64,000 nucleotides of DNA from sequence record OQ417969.1; one strand, given 5' to 3'. Both the position numbers and the translations under genes were made by a program. Source of the DNA: Mycobacterium phage prophiT37-1. Positions 1 to 10,321 of this stretch are shown here, in pieces. Position 1 is the first letter of the stretch. Each line of letters starts with the position of its first letter. A model generated the notes under the pieces. The model did not search any database, was not told the origin of the DNA, and saw only the letters and a list, made by a program, of their open reading frames with translations.

Positions 1-43
1 CGACCGGCCGCTGGCATTCCGGCGAGGCACATGGCGGCACCGC

Positions 44-673
44 GTGGAGTTGGTACCGGCCGCGACGCACTCAAATCAGTTCCTCGCGCGCCGCGATCAG
101 CGCAAGCTCCCGTGCTGGACACTCATCGTGACAGGGCGGCGGGTACGCCTTTGGGGGTTCTGGTGCAAAGACCGCGCGGATGAAACCAACGTCGACAACG
201 CCATCGACCGTATGCGCGTGCGGCGCGGTGAGGTCTTCGAAGTAGACCGGTTTATCCCATGGGACGAGTTCGGGGCGGCTGGGTGCGGTGAGCCCACAAC
301 GGTGGACGAACAGCAGCGACCGGGCACGTCACCCACCCGCGTAATAGACGCAGCACACCTGGCGCGACAGCGTGCATTCAGCCTCGCAACCTTCGGCCCG
401 GGTGCCCGAACCAACGGAGTCTTGGACCACATCGGCAAAGAGCTGAACGAGATACGGGACGCCCCTGACGACATCTCCGAATGGGTAGACGTCATCATCC
501 TGGCCTTCGACGGAGCCTGGCGCGCGGGCTGGGAACCGCAACAGATCATCGACGCGATCCTTGCGAAGCAGACCAGGAACGAGCAACGCACGTGGCCCGA
601 CTGGCGCACCGCAGACCCCAACAAGGCCATCGAGCACGTGCACAGCGACGTAGACGGCGACGTAAACCGATGA
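44..673 (+). CDS. MazG-like nucleotide pyrophosphohydrolase-domain protein (N-terminus uncertain; may begin upstream of the window)
   Basis: ORF track. C-terminal half carries a MazG-like EExxE/D-rich helix pattern (HIGKELNEIRDAPDDISEWVDVIILAFDGAWRAGW). Assigned by eye only. Confidence 0.4.
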   Translation: MELVPAATHSNQFLARRDQRKLPCWTLIVTGRRVRLWGFWCKDRADETNVDNAIDRMRVRRGEVFEVDRFIPWDEFGAAGCGEPTTVDEQQRPGTSPTRVIDAAHLARQRAFSLATFGPGARTNGVLDHIGKELNEIRDAPDDISEWVDVIILAFDGAWRAGWEPQQIIDAILAKQTRNEQRTWPDWRTADPNKAIEHVHSDVDGDVNR

Positions 674-1140
674 AGATCATTGATACACAACGGCAATGGG
701 CCGTCGTGTGCACCGTATGCCCACCCGGACCCGGTGACAGCGACGGCCAAACCTGGGCATTCCCAGGCACCGATGAAGGCAAGGTTCACGCGGAAGCATT
801 TGCCGTCCGCCACAACTCGCTGCAAGGTCACCGCACTTACGTCAGCGAGCAGTACGTCATGGAGGCGACCCTGCGCGACAATGGAGCGGGGTACATGGCC
901 CTGCCTCTGGACGCTGACGGGGAGCGCCTAGCCTCCGCTATTGCCGTAAAGGTCAACCTTCCAACGGTATTCCCCGGCCGCCCCGCGGTGTACTACCTCG
1001 CCACCTGCCAGGAGTGCGTCGATATGAAGCTCCCGTTTGGCGCCGAGGACGACCGTGACCTATGGGCCGACGGCCACCACAAGGGCACTGGCCACGACGT
1101 CACCCCATCCGTCGAAGTACGACCGGACCAAGGGGAATAA
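670..1140 (+). CDS. hypothetical phage protein
   Basis: In-frame ATG at 670 forms an ATGA overlap with the upstream stop. Taken from the 481..1140 ORF. Confidence 0.45.
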   Translation: MKIIDTQRQWAVVCTVCPPGPGDSDGQTWAFPGTDEGKVHAEAFAVRHNSLQGHRTYVSEQYVMEATLRDNGAGYMALPLDADGERLASAIAVKVNLPTVFPGRPAVYYLATCQECVDMKLPFGAEDDRDLWADGHHKGTGHDVTPSVEVRPDQGE

Positions 1141-1142
1141 CG

Positions 1143-1355
1143 GTGAGCCAAACAGTCCACATCCGCACCGGCATCTACACCACCAGCGGCGGAATCACTT
1201 TCACCGTCAACGACAGCGATCTAGGCGTATGCGGCATAACCCACTGTGGGCAGACCGCGATGATCGCCATAGACCTTGACGGCCAGGGCGGCCTTCGCTG
1301 CCCCGAGCACTACCAGCCGTGGGCGGACAACCCCGCAGAAACGAGCGAGCAATGA
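1143..1355 (+). CDS. hypothetical small protein
   Basis: GTG at 1143 preceded by aagggga RBS. Part of the 1062..1355 ORF. Confidence 0.35.
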   Translation: MSQTVHIRTGIYTTSGGITFTVNDSDLGVCGITHCGQTAMIAIDLDGQGGLRCPEHYQPWADNPAETSEQ

Positions 1356-1957
1356 CCATCTACTGCTACGACACAGAGTTCCTGGAAGACGGCCGCACCA
1401 TAGACCTGATCTCAATCGGAATCGTGTGCGAGGACGGCCGCGAATACTACGCCGTCAACAGCGAGGCCGATTGGGACCGTATCCGCAAGGACGACTGGCT
1501 CATGGACAACGTCGTACGCCACTTGCCCACCCACCCAACCGGGGAGGTGAAGAAGCGTCAAGGATTCAGCGCTACCGGTTGGTCGTGGGGAGGAATAGAC
1601 ATGCGCTCCCCGCTGGTAAAGCCAAAGTGGGTAATTGCCAACGAGGTTCGCCAGTTCATCATCGGTGACCTCGCAGACCGAAACGAGGCTGTCGCCGACC
1701 ACGAGCTACCGGTGCTCTGGGCTTACTACGGCGCCTACGACCACGTGGCCCTGTGCCAGCTATGGGGTCGGATGATTCACCACCCTCGGTTCATGCCCAT
1801 GTACACCCTGGACCTCAAGCAGGAGATGGACCGCCTCAGTATCAGCGGCAGCACTGTACCGAAACCTGGTACCGCCCACGACGCTCTTTCCGACGCCCGG
1901 TGGAACTGGCGAATGCTCAACAAACTGCGCACCGCGGCAGCAGAGGCGGCGTTCTGA
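1352..1957 (+). CDS. DEDDh-family 3'-5' exonuclease
   Basis: Motifs DTEF (Exo I), YGAYD (Exo II) and HDALSDA (Exo III, His variant). ATGA overlap start at 1352. Confidence 0.7.
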   Translation: MTIYCYDTEFLEDGRTIDLISIGIVCEDGREYYAVNSEADWDRIRKDDWLMDNVVRHLPTHPTGEVKKRQGFSATGWSWGGIDMRSPLVKPKWVIANEVRQFIIGDLADRNEAVADHELPVLWAYYGAYDHVALCQLWGRMIHHPRFMPMYTLDLKQEMDRLSISGSTVPKPGTAHDALSDARWNWRMLNKLRTAAAEAAF

Positions 1958-2973
1958 TGGGGGACAAAACAGGCATCGAATGGACTGATGCCACTTGGTC
2001 ACCAGTGACCGGTTGCACCCGTGTCAGTGATGGATGCCTGAACTGCTACATCGAACGATCGACACCAATTCGTATCGCAGGCCGAAAGTTTGACGGTGAA
2101 GGCATCGGGTCGAGTCTGGCGGTACAACTCCACCCGAACCGTCTGGACTGGCCACTCCGAAAGCGTGACGGGAAGAAGATCTTCGTCTGCTCACAAGCCG
2201 ACCTTTTCCACTCTGATGTGCCCGACGAGTACATCGCGAAGGTGTTCGCCGTCATGGCGCTCGCCCCGCACCACACCTTCCAGGTGCTCACCAAACGCCA
2301 CGACCGCATGCGGTCGCTCCTGAGTAGTCATGCCTTCTGGGCGCGGGTTGGCGTGGCGGGGCTCGACCGCGATGTTTGGTTGCCCCAGGCCGGTGTTTCG
2401 CTAGATCAGCACTACCTGCCCAACGTCTGGTTGGGAGTGAGCGCAGAAGATCAGAAGCGCGCCGACCTCCGCATCCCGGCGCTGCTGGACACCCCGGCCG
2501 CCGTGCGGTTCATCAGTGCCGAGCCGCTTCTCGGGCCGATCGACCTACATGCCGACCCGATCGGGAAAGACTCGGTGTTCTGGATCGGGCGTCTGGACTG
2601 GGTGATCGTCGGCGGCGAGTCCGGGTCGGGCGCGCGGCCGATGCATCCGTGGTGGGCGGAGAGCCTGCACCGCCAGTGTGTGGCAGCCGGTGTCCCGTTC
2701 CTGTTCAAGCAATGGGGCGATTGGACACCCATGGCGCCGTTGAAGAAGGGCCGTTTCGACTTCTCGAACGGTATCGCGATGACCGACGACGGAAACACCT
2801 ACAACGCGGGTGATCTGGACTGGCCTGACGGCCCGCGCCGTGGTGAGGCGATACGCGCCGACTTCCCACACCACCACCCGACCTCCATGTACCGCGTCGG
2901 GAAGAAGGCGGCGGGCCGCGAGCTGTACCACGACGGCCGGACCTTCGACGGCTACCCCCAGGTGTTGGCGTGA
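1957..2973 (+). CDS. phage Gp37/Gp68-family protein (DUF5131-like)
   Basis: N-terminus GIEWTDATWSPVTGCTRVSDGCLNCY is typical of this family. ATG at 1957 overlaps the upstream TGA. Confidence 0.65.
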   Translation: MGDKTGIEWTDATWSPVTGCTRVSDGCLNCYIERSTPIRIAGRKFDGEGIGSSLAVQLHPNRLDWPLRKRDGKKIFVCSQADLFHSDVPDEYIAKVFAVMALAPHHTFQVLTKRHDRMRSLLSSHAFWARVGVAGLDRDVWLPQAGVSLDQHYLPNVWLGVSAEDQKRADLRIPALLDTPAAVRFISAEPLLGPIDLHADPIGKDSVFWIGRLDWVIVGGESGSGARPMHPWWAESLHRQCVAAGVPFLFKQWGDWTPMAPLKKGRFDFSNGIAMTDDGNTYNAGDLDWPDGPRRGEAIRADFPHHHPTSMYRVGKKAAGRELYHDGRTFDGYPQVLA

Positions 2974-3167
2974 TGGCGTTTCAGGCTAAATACCGCGGGC
3001 AGTGCCGTAACTGCGGTGAGCAGATCGAGCCGGGTGACTTGGCGACCTACATGCACGATCACATCGTCCATGACCAATGCCCTGACGCGGTCGATCCGGC
3101 ACAGCCCGGGCGGCAGGAGCGAAAGTGCCCGGACTGCCACACAATCCACGCAGGGGAGTGCTTCTGA
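2970..3167 (+). CDS. small zinc-ribbon protein
   Basis: CxxC...CxxC cysteine pairs. Overlapping start and stop with neighbours. Confidence 0.45.
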   Translation: MMAFQAKYRGQCRNCGEQIEPGDLATYMHDHIVHDQCPDAVDPAQPGRQERKCPDCHTIHAGECF

Positions 3168-3802
3168 TGACGACCGTCTGGTTCACCTCCGACCTACACA
3201 TCGGGCATGCCCTGGTCGCGGAGGAACGCGCCAACCGCGCCAACATCGCGGTCCCGCTGGCCCCTACAGAACGTAGTGAGCACTGCATCCGGTGGCACGA
3301 CCGGACCCTCGCCGAGAATTGGGACGCAGTCGTTCAGCCGCACGACCAGGTGTGGGTGCTGGGCGACCTCAGCGCCGGATCATCTGGAGCACAAAGGAAC
3401 GCGCTGAAATGGATCGAGCAAAGGCCCGGCGAGAAGCACCTGGTTTCCGGGAACCACGACCGCGTCCACTCCATGTATCGGGACGCCCACAAGTGGCAGG
3501 CGCACTACCTGGAGGTGTTCCAGTCGGTGCAGCCGTTCGCCCGTCGCCGCGTGGGCGGACACACCGCGTTGCTGTCGCACCTGCCCTACCGCGGCGACCA
3601 CACCACGGAGCAGCGCTACAACCAGTACCGGCTCCGCGACGAGGGCGAGTGGCTTCTACACGGGCACACCCATTCCCGCGCCAGCTTCCTCCCACATGTG
3701 CACCAACGGCAGCTCCACGTGGGCGTAGACGCATGGCAGATGGCGCCCGTGAACATCGACGTGCTGGCTGACGGCATAGAGCAGCTGGGAGCCGAGTGGT
3801 GA
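3167..3802 (+). CDS. calcineurin-like metallophosphoesterase
   Basis: Motifs SDLHIGH, GDL, GNHD and GHTH. ATG at 3167 overlaps the upstream stop. Confidence 0.7.
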   Translation: MTTVWFTSDLHIGHALVAEERANRANIAVPLAPTERSEHCIRWHDRTLAENWDAVVQPHDQVWVLGDLSAGSSGAQRNALKWIEQRPGEKHLVSGNHDRVHSMYRDAHKWQAHYLEVFQSVQPFARRRVGGHTALLSHLPYRGDHTTEQRYNQYRLRDEGEWLLHGHTHSRASFLPHVHQRQLHVGVDAWQMAPVNIDVLADGIEQLGAEW

Positions 3803-4152
3803 GCGGCGGCAGCTTCAACTACCTGTACTCGGACGCCCTAGACGAAGTCATGTGCCACATGTCCACCCTCAACGACATGGCCGACGCCCTCGACTCGTCC
3901 TTTCCGGGAACTCGCGCCGCACGGGACACCCGCGCACTCATCGCCCGCATTAACGAGGCGTTGACCGCGTGGGAGTCCGAGCAGATGAGGGCGCTACGGG
4001 ACGTCTGGCACGACGTCGAGTGGTGGATGTCCATGGACTACAGCCGAGATAAGGCACAGGCGGCCGTCGACAACTACCGCAGCAACCACAACGGGCTGCT
4101 CAGCTGGGCGCCCATGTCCGGCAACGCAACCCACAACAAGGAGACAGCGTGA
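3796..4152 (+). CDS. hypothetical protein
   Basis: ORF track. Tandem gene packing. Confidence 0.45.
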   Translation: MVSGGSFNYLYSDALDEVMCHMSTLNDMADALDSSFPGTRAARDTRALIARINEALTAWESEQMRALRDVWHDVEWWMSMDYSRDKAQAAVDNYRSNHNGLLSWAPMSGNATHNKETA

Positions 4153-4571
4153 ACCTCAACGCGACACTGGACAACGACACACCGGCGCAGACCCCAGCCT
4201 CGCCGGAGGCTCCACTTGAATATCTGGACGGCCGTGTGACCGTTAGCGACACCGAGCTGGCTGCCATGATCGTTTGGCTACAGAGGGAGATACCCAGCTT
4301 CCCGCAGAAGCTGGATTACAACATCGCCAAACAGCTAGTGGTCGGGTTGCTCCGCGCCCTCAACGTCAAGCGCCTGGGCTACGCCGAGGGCAGCGTGGCC
4401 GTCCACACGGACGGTCGCCTGGCCCGCCGCTACTACTCGGCCACCGAGAAGCGGTTGACCTGGTTAGTGATTCAACCCCCCAGTGACGCGCCACTGGAGG
4501 TAGACAGCGGCAAGGAGCTGCCAGGTTTCAGCTGGACCGTCCACCCCGTGGAATGGGCCGTGACCCAGTGA
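4149..4571 (+). CDS. hypothetical protein
   Basis: ORF track. GTGA overlap with the upstream gene. Confidence 0.45.
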   Translation: MNLNATLDNDTPAQTPASPEAPLEYLDGRVTVSDTELAAMIVWLQREIPSFPQKLDYNIAKQLVVGLLRALNVKRLGYAEGSVAVHTDGRLARRYYSATEKRLTWLVIQPPSDAPLEVDSGKELPGFSWTVHPVEWAVTQ

Positions 4572-4578
4572 CCGGCTG

Positions 4579-4962
4579 GTGAGCATGCCCCAACGTATTC
4601 AGTTGCGGCGTAGCGCAGGGTGGCGGAAACCGGAAGGGGCGATAGTAGTTGCCCGGCCATCGCGATGGGGCAACCCGTTCAAGGTCGTGTGCACCGGGAC
4701 GGAGCCCGGCCTTTTCAGCCGCCGTCGCGAACGTGTCTGGACCGTCGAAGGACCCGGAAAGTTCTTCCAGGGCACCGGGACACACGAGTGGGCAGCAGTC
4801 TACGCAGTGCGCCTGTACCGCCGCTGGCTCCTCAGCTCCATGAAGCGCGTGGAGGATCTGGTGCCCCTTCTCCGAGGCCACGACCTTTGCTGCTGGTGCC
4901 GACTCGACGCCCCCTGCCACGCGGACGTCCTACTAGAACTAGCCAACGAGAAGGAGATATAG
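4579..4962 (+). CDS. DUF4326-like phage protein
   Basis: RWGNPF motif near the N-terminus. Confidence 0.5.
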   Translation: MSMPQRIQLRRSAGWRKPEGAIVVARPSRWGNPFKVVCTGTEPGLFSRRRERVWTVEGPGKFFQGTGTHEWAAVYAVRLYRRWLLSSMKRVEDLVPLLRGHDLCCWCRLDAPCHADVLLELANEKEI

Positions 4963-4964
4963 CT

Positions 4965-5909
4965 GTGCCGCGCGACCATGGTCGGATTCTTACAATCATT
5001 TGGCGGGACAAAGACTTTCAGCAGCGTTCCGTGGAGGCACAGCGCATGTACATGCTTCTGTTGTCGCAGCCGAATGTGAACAATGCCGGTGTCCTGCCGC
5101 TGCAACTAAGCAAGTGGGCGAAGGGCTGCGAGCAGACCAGCGTCGCCGATGTACGCCGCGCTACAAACGAACTCGCCGAGCACCTCTATGTGGCCTACGA
5201 CGAGGACACCGAGGAACTGCTGGTCCGCTCGTATATTCGCAACGACGGCGTGCTTAAGCACAAGTACCTGTTCGCTAACGCTCTGAAATGCGCCCAGGCC
5301 GTCGAATCACCTAGCCTGCGTGCGGTACTGGCGGCCGAGTTGCGGCGCACCCGCCGTGCCGATGCGGTGACGGTCGCCAACCAGATCGACCCGTCTGGCC
5401 CCGGCCCAGACGGCACCCCGACAGACCCTAGGCCGGACGACGACCCAACGTCCCCAGACAGTGACCTCGACGGCATTTCGATGCCATCTGAAACCGACCC
5501 CAATGGCATCGAAAACCCATCGCAAACCGATGTGCCATTGGAATGCCATTCCGATGGCATCGGGATCACTAGGGGGAAGGGGAAGGGGAGGGGGAAGGGG
5601 TCACCTTGGGTAGGTGGTTACGTTGGGGAGGCGCCCACCCGCTGCCCTAAGCACATCAACGACCCACACCCCCCAAACTGCCGCGACTGCATGACAGCCC
5701 GACTGGCATCCGAGGCAGCCGCCCAGGAGGCAGCTGAACGTCAGAAGTCAGACCGGGCAGCAGCCCTGGCCCGACGCGAGGCGTGCACCCGCTGTCAGGG
5801 CGGCGGCTGGATCGAGGCCGACGACGGTTCCGGCGTCCTGCCCTGCACGTGCCGTAAACCCCTACAGCTCGTCCCACACCCCACCGACGCGCAGAGGGCA
5901 GCAGGATGA
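4965..5909 (+). CDS. hypothetical protein with acidic/Pro-rich linker and C-terminal zinc ribbon
   Basis: GTG at 4965 preceded by aaggagat RBS. C-terminus has CPKH...CRDC...CTRC...CTC. The annotated 4620 start overlaps the upstream gene in another frame. Confidence 0.5.
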   Translation: MPRDHGRILTIIWRDKDFQQRSVEAQRMYMLLLSQPNVNNAGVLPLQLSKWAKGCEQTSVADVRRATNELAEHLYVAYDEDTEELLVRSYIRNDGVLKHKYLFANALKCAQAVESPSLRAVLAAELRRTRRADAVTVANQIDPSGPGPDGTPTDPRPDDDPTSPDSDLDGISMPSETDPNGIENPSQTDVPLECHSDGIGITRGKGKGRGKGSPWVGGYVGEAPTRCPKHINDPHPPNCRDCMTARLASEAAAQEAAERQKSDRAAALARREACTRCQGGGWIEADDGSGVLPCTCRKPLQLVPHPTDAQRAAG

Positions 5910-5922
5910 CCGCCAGCGCGAC

Positions 5923-6348
5923 ATGCTGGACCGTGCACGCCGGGGGCTGCCTGTGATGACCGGAGACCGCCTCACCGAACAGCAGATCGCAGCCCTAGTA
6001 GATACCCAGCTGGTCGGGCTCAACGACCAGTTTGTCGGTCGTCGCCCCACCTGCCAGCACCCGCAACGCACGTGCAGGCGGCCGGTCACCGCGGTCGTCT
6101 CGGTGCATGTCCTGGACAACTGCGACGGCGAGGAGGCCGACGAGTTCGGCAACGAGGTGTTCCTGTTGTGCACGAATTGCGCACGGGCGCTGTGGATGGC
6201 GGCCATGTGGGAGGTACGCGAACGCACCGTCGCCGCTACCCGTGCTGGCGTCATACCCATGTGCTCTACGTGCCAGGCACCGGTCGTCAAGCCATCGCAC
6301 ATCGTCCGCGATGTACGCAAATACGAGGAGGTTTTCAATGCACCGTGA
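5923..6348 (+). CDS. hypothetical Cys-rich protein
   Basis: ORF track. Confidence 0.4.
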   Translation: MLDRARRGLPVMTGDRLTEQQIAALVDTQLVGLNDQFVGRRPTCQHPQRTCRRPVTAVVSVHVLDNCDGEEADEFGNEVFLLCTNCARALWMAAMWEVRERTVAATRAGVIPMCSTCQAPVVKPSHIVRDVRKYEEVFNAP

Positions 6349-6655
6349 GTGGACCCCGGAGCAGCTAAAGCGTTGGCGCATACGCAAAGCGCAGAACGGC
6401 GAACAGACACCCTGGCAGCGCCGGGACTGGTCCGCACTGCCCGACGACGTCCTGACCGCATCGCCGCAATGGTGCATATGGCGGCCCTGGGAGCAACACC
6501 CCATCGCCTGCGTCGACACCCAGCAAGACGCCATACGGCACGTCATCCTCCAGTTGCAGAGTGCGTACCTACGCGCGGCTGAGCGGGAGGAACTGGAGCG
6601 ACAGGGCATGGAGCTAGCACGCATCAACAACCGGCCGCGGGGGTTGGAGTCGTGA
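6338..6655 (+). CDS. hypothetical protein
   Basis: ATG at 6338 preceded by gaggag RBS. Internal start of the 6032..6655 ORF. Confidence 0.4.
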   Translation: MHREWTPEQLKRWRIRKAQNGEQTPWQRRDWSALPDDVLTASPQWCIWRPWEQHPIACVDTQQDAIRHVILQLQSAYLRAAEREELERQGMELARINNRPRGLES

Positions 6656-7263
6656 GCGTGATTCTTGAGGCCCTGGCGCTATTTCTTGCGGCTAGTGGCG
6701 GATTCACCGCGTACCTGTTGACGCTCGGGCATCGCCGACGCGGCAACCAGATCCAGATCTCCGGCGACAATTCCGTCGCTATCCAGGCTGGCGGGACCAT
6801 CACGGTGCAGGCCAGCCGCGGTAGCATCGCCGCCCACACCATCGTCGGCAACGTGAACGTCGGTGGTGAGCGCTGGGTCGGAGTCGAACCGAACCCGCTA
6901 CGGCGTGCACTACTTGCCCGCTCCGGTCCAGGCCAGCCGCTGTACATGTTCGGCGAGGTCGACTCCTACGACGAGTTGCCCAGCATGGTCAACGCAGCCA
7001 CCGACCACATCGGCAAGTGGTGGTGGGACCGCACTAGCGAGGTCGCATACCTCTGGCTCGGCCAGGGCTACAAGGTCCTAGGCGCACCCGAGATAGCCAA
7101 ACCGACACGACCCGACACCTACCGAATATCTGAGTTCGCCGCACAATGCGCCTGCCCCCGTTGCGGATTCATCAACACCCACTACATCCAGCCATGCACA
7201 CAGGACACCGGCTCTGTCACCCGGGAGTGCACGGAGTGTGGACAGACTTGGAGGCAGCAGTGA
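6652..7263 (+). CDS. membrane-anchored protein with C-terminal zinc ribbon
   Basis: N-terminal hydrophobic helix. CPRCG...CTECG motifs. GTGA overlap start. Confidence 0.45.
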   Translation: MSVILEALALFLAASGGFTAYLLTLGHRRRGNQIQISGDNSVAIQAGGTITVQASRGSIAAHTIVGNVNVGGERWVGVEPNPLRRALLARSGPGQPLYMFGEVDSYDELPSMVNAATDHIGKWWWDRTSEVAYLWLGQGYKVLGAPEIAKPTRPDTYRISEFAAQCACPRCGFINTHYIQPCTQDTGSVTRECTECGQTWRQQ

Positions 7264-7712
7264 CCTATCAGACCGTTCGCCTGGACGATCCGACAACCCC
7301 AGTTGCGTTGCACCGCAACGGTAAGAAGTGGCCAATACCCTTCCGCCTGAATCTCGCACACGACGATTTCGTTCGCGCCAGGCTGACCGACACCCTGCAC
7401 CCCGGCGACATCCTGGACCTGCCCTTCAACGTCACCGGCACCATAGTGGAGATCGCCGTATGGCCGCCGAAAGCCCGCGACAACGACGGCCACTGGTTCG
7501 CACGCAAGACCCACCCATACCGAATCGACCTGCAATTCCACGCCTTCGACACCTGCCCCCAATGCGACACCCAGGCAGCACACCAGGTCGAGATACCCGA
7601 GTACGAGACGTGGTGGGACAGCCCGCTAACCGCCGAGTTCCCGCACCGCAGGTACGTCCTCCGCACCTGCATCACATGCCGCAACTCATGGGAACAGGGC
7701 GAGGCGCAGTGA
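7260..7712 (+). CDS. hypothetical protein with zinc ribbon
   Basis: GTG at 7260 overlaps the upstream TGA. CPQCD...CITCR motifs. Confidence 0.45.
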   Translation: MTYQTVRLDDPTTPVALHRNGKKWPIPFRLNLAHDDFVRARLTDTLHPGDILDLPFNVTGTIVEIAVWPPKARDNDGHWFARKTHPYRIDLQFHAFDTCPQCDTQAAHQVEIPEYETWWDSPLTAEFPHRRYVLRTCITCRNSWEQGEAQ

Positions 7713-7714
7713 GC

Positions 7715-8764
7715 ATGAGTAACCCTGTGACGCAACGTGATCCGCACCGCTGCGCGTTCGGACACCGATGCGTAAACCACGACTGGTCAACCGTCGTCGA
7801 CGAAGATGACGCACCCTCCGGCCAACTCATTGCCGACGGTGTGATCTGCGGCGGCTGCCTAACCCGCCTGCGGTACGCCGTCAACGGCCTACCCCGGGAC
7901 TGGGACCGGCTCCACGAAGGCATCGGCGAACGCGTGTACGTCGACCGAGCACGCGTCACCATGACCTCTACCGCAGCCATCAACCTCAACACCCAACGCG
8001 ACGCTCTCCAACGCGACATCGTCGAGACCGCCGACCGCGCAGCGGAAATGGTTGAACACGCGATGAACCTGACCGGCAGGCAGCGCCACGGCCGCCAGGG
8101 CTTCACCGTCCACCAACGTCAGGTAGTCGCCCGTTCCGTCGCCGTCGTCGGCGAAAACCTGGACGTACTCCTGGCTCAACCCGCCCAACCCATGCTCGTC
8201 TGGGGCCGAGTACCCGACGGCGACGAGGGCTGGCATCCCCAGCACGGACAACCCCGCCACCTCGTAGACCGCGACGGCGTCGACATCGCCCTCCAACTAA
8301 TCGAGCTGTCCCGCAACGTCTACCAGGCCCTCGGACTACCCCGACTACGCCACCACTCCGCCATGCCCTGCCCCGCAGTCAAACGGGACGGCCAGCAGTG
8401 CGGCGCCTACACCGTCGGCCGCTGGGACGGCACCTCCCAATACGACTGCACCACCTGCGGCCGAACATATGGCGAACGGGAATACCCCTGGCTCCAGCGC
8501 GGCGTCATCGACCTCATGCGCGAACTCGAAGAACGGGAGAAAAACATGCAACTACTCGACCAACTCAAACACCTACTAGCCGAGGCATACTGGCGCCTCG
8601 ACGGCATCAACGACATGGTCCAGCGTGTCGCCGACGAGCCGCTGCTGGACGAGGCGGGCGCCGGACGACTGGTCGTCGACAAGGTGACCGCGATACTCAA
8701 CGACGGGCTGGTACCGCACCAGACACCCGAGCAGCGGCAGACCACCCCGGCGGGCGGTAACTGA
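7715..8764 (+). CDS. hypothetical protein
   Basis: ATG at 7715 just after the upstream stop at 7712. Long clean reading frame. Confidence 0.5.
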   Translation: MSNPVTQRDPHRCAFGHRCVNHDWSTVVDEDDAPSGQLIADGVICGGCLTRLRYAVNGLPRDWDRLHEGIGERVYVDRARVTMTSTAAINLNTQRDALQRDIVETADRAAEMVEHAMNLTGRQRHGRQGFTVHQRQVVARSVAVVGENLDVLLAQPAQPMLVWGRVPDGDEGWHPQHGQPRHLVDRDGVDIALQLIELSRNVYQALGLPRLRHHSAMPCPAVKRDGQQCGAYTVGRWDGTSQYDCTTCGRTYGEREYPWLQRGVIDLMRELEEREKNMQLLDQLKHLLAEAYWRLDGINDMVQRVADEPLLDEAGAGRLVVDKVTAILNDGLVPHQTPEQRQTTPAGGN

Positions 8765-9120
8765 TGGGCGTGCAGACGGTCGTCAGCACGATCTACAAAT
8801 GCGACCGGTGCGGGTCCGAGTCCACCAGCTCCCGGGACTATGAGCGCGGCGCCCACGCAGGCGCCAAGGGTGAGAAGTACTGGTGGTGCGCCGCCTGCTA
8901 CACCGCCTTCCTCCGGTTCGCCGCTAACCAGGGCACCACGCAGGAGGTCTGGCTGGGGTACCAGGGCGACGGCCCCGCCCTCCAGGGAGGCTCCCGGCTG
9001 CAAGTGGTGTTCGGCGACGAGAGCACCGCCCAGGCGTGGTATTCAGGGCTGGAGCCGGGGTCGTGGGACTACCGCAGCATCACCCGGCACAAGGTCGTCA
9101 GCGCGGGGCAGACCACGTGA
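8764..9120 (+). CDS. hypothetical zinc-ribbon protein
   Basis: CDRCG...CAACY motifs. ATGA overlap. Confidence 0.45.
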   Translation: MGVQTVVSTIYKCDRCGSESTSSRDYERGAHAGAKGEKYWWCAACYTAFLRFAANQGTTQEVWLGYQGDGPALQGGSRLQVVFGDESTAQAWYSGLEPGSWDYRSITRHKVVSAGQTT

Positions 9121-9470
9121 CCGGCGCCGCGGTGGAGGACCTGCACGTTATGGAGACACGGGTCTACCGCCGGTACGCCGAGGCAGTCGCCGCCAGCATC
9201 CCCGCTATGCCGGACTTCTCCGACTGGCTGGACATGCTGTCCGCGCCAACCAAGTACACCGTCGACACCGCGCTGGTATGCCCCGACACCGTCACCGAGG
9301 TTCCGCAGTTCCCGCCCGAACGCTGGATCACGTACCCAGCCCGGCGCCGCGTGTCGCTGATGCTGGCTGACGAAATGCTCAACCGCATCAACGGCGGCAA
9401 CACCGCGCACGACTGGCTCGCCATGGTTGGCATCCTGTTGACCTTCGGGGGACGGAGCCGCGAGGCATGA
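9117..9470 (+). CDS. hypothetical protein
   Basis: GTG at 9117 overlaps the upstream TGA. ATG at 9150 is an alternative start. Confidence 0.4.
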   Translation: MTGAAVEDLHVMETRVYRRYAEAVAASIPAMPDFSDWLDMLSAPTKYTVDTALVCPDTVTEVPQFPPERWITYPARRRVSLMLADEMLNRINGGNTAHDWLAMVGILLTFGGRSREA

Positions 9471-9554
9471 AACCGCGTACCCCGCACCTGCTTCCATGGA
9501 ATCCAGAGACGGGACATACCAACGTGTGCCGCAGCCCAGCGATAGGGCACGACT

Positions 9555-9980
9555 ATGACTGATCAGAAGGTTTGGAAGTGGACCGGCGACAGCCGCGAGG
9601 ACAAGGCGAAACGCGTCGCCCTGTCCTATCGCCAGCTCCTTGAAGATGTCGCCGCCGGACGCATCACCGACCCCATGCAGGCCCTCATCGAACGCGACAG
9701 GTACTGGCAAGACCTCGGCGTCTACTGGTCGGTGCCATCCGTCGCCCCCATCGACCAGGAGGCGTGGTTGTCGGCCGCCGACCTCGTCATCCACCTCGCC
9801 CACATCGTCCAACTCACCGAGCATCAGGTCCGCAACTGGGCGTACCGGCGACGAAAGGGACTGGGCGACGGCATAACCGAGCGTACCGGGCAGGAAGGCA
9901 AACCGGAATACAACGTCGCCGACGTCCTGGCCTACCTCACCCGCCAACGCGTCCGCCGACAGGGAGGCACCAGCGCATGA
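9555..9980 (+). CDS. hypothetical protein
   Basis: ORF track. Confidence 0.45.
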   Translation: MTDQKVWKWTGDSREDKAKRVALSYRQLLEDVAAGRITDPMQALIERDRYWQDLGVYWSVPSVAPIDQEAWLSAADLVIHLAHIVQLTEHQVRNWAYRRRKGLGDGITERTGQEGKPEYNVADVLAYLTRQRVRRQGGTSA

Positions 9981-10321
9981 TCTGGGAACTATGGGCAACC
10001 CCGTCCGGCCAGATCTTCTGGCAGCTCGACAACTGGGGTGGCTTCTACAAATGCGTACCCTCCACGAACGGCCGCGAGACAGTGGAGACGCTGCCCGCCG
10101 ACGCCCGGCCACTGATCAACGACGGCAGGTGGATCACCGGCGTGATGGACGCCGCCGAGGACGAGGCCCAACGCCGCATCATGGAGCCCGACTGGCCAAC
10201 CCAACGTGTAGAACGCCCCTACGAGAAAGCCCAGCGCCTGCGGTTTGAGCGGTACATGGCAGAGGTCAAGAGCATGACCGCAGCGGCAATCGCCGCACCC
10301 CAGAATGGCGGAACATCATGA
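9977..10321 (+). CDS. hypothetical protein
   Basis: ATG at 9977 overlaps the upstream TGA. Confidence 0.45.
   Translation: MIWELWATPSGQIFWQLDNWGGFYKCVPSTNGRETVETLPADARPLINDGRWITGVMDAAEDEAQRRIMEPDWPTQRVERPYEKAQRLRFERYMAEVKSMTAAAIAAPQNGGTS

Noticed and set aside
9069-10112. Long minus-strand ORFs (for example 9069..10112, 32876..34090, 44280..45596, 46535..47581, 53416..54513, 7889..8296)
   Set aside because: They lie antisense to densely packed, well-supported plus-strand phage genes with overlapping start/stop coupling. High GC content produces long spurious antisense ORFs, and their translations are Arg/Gly/Ala-rich low-complexity sequence.
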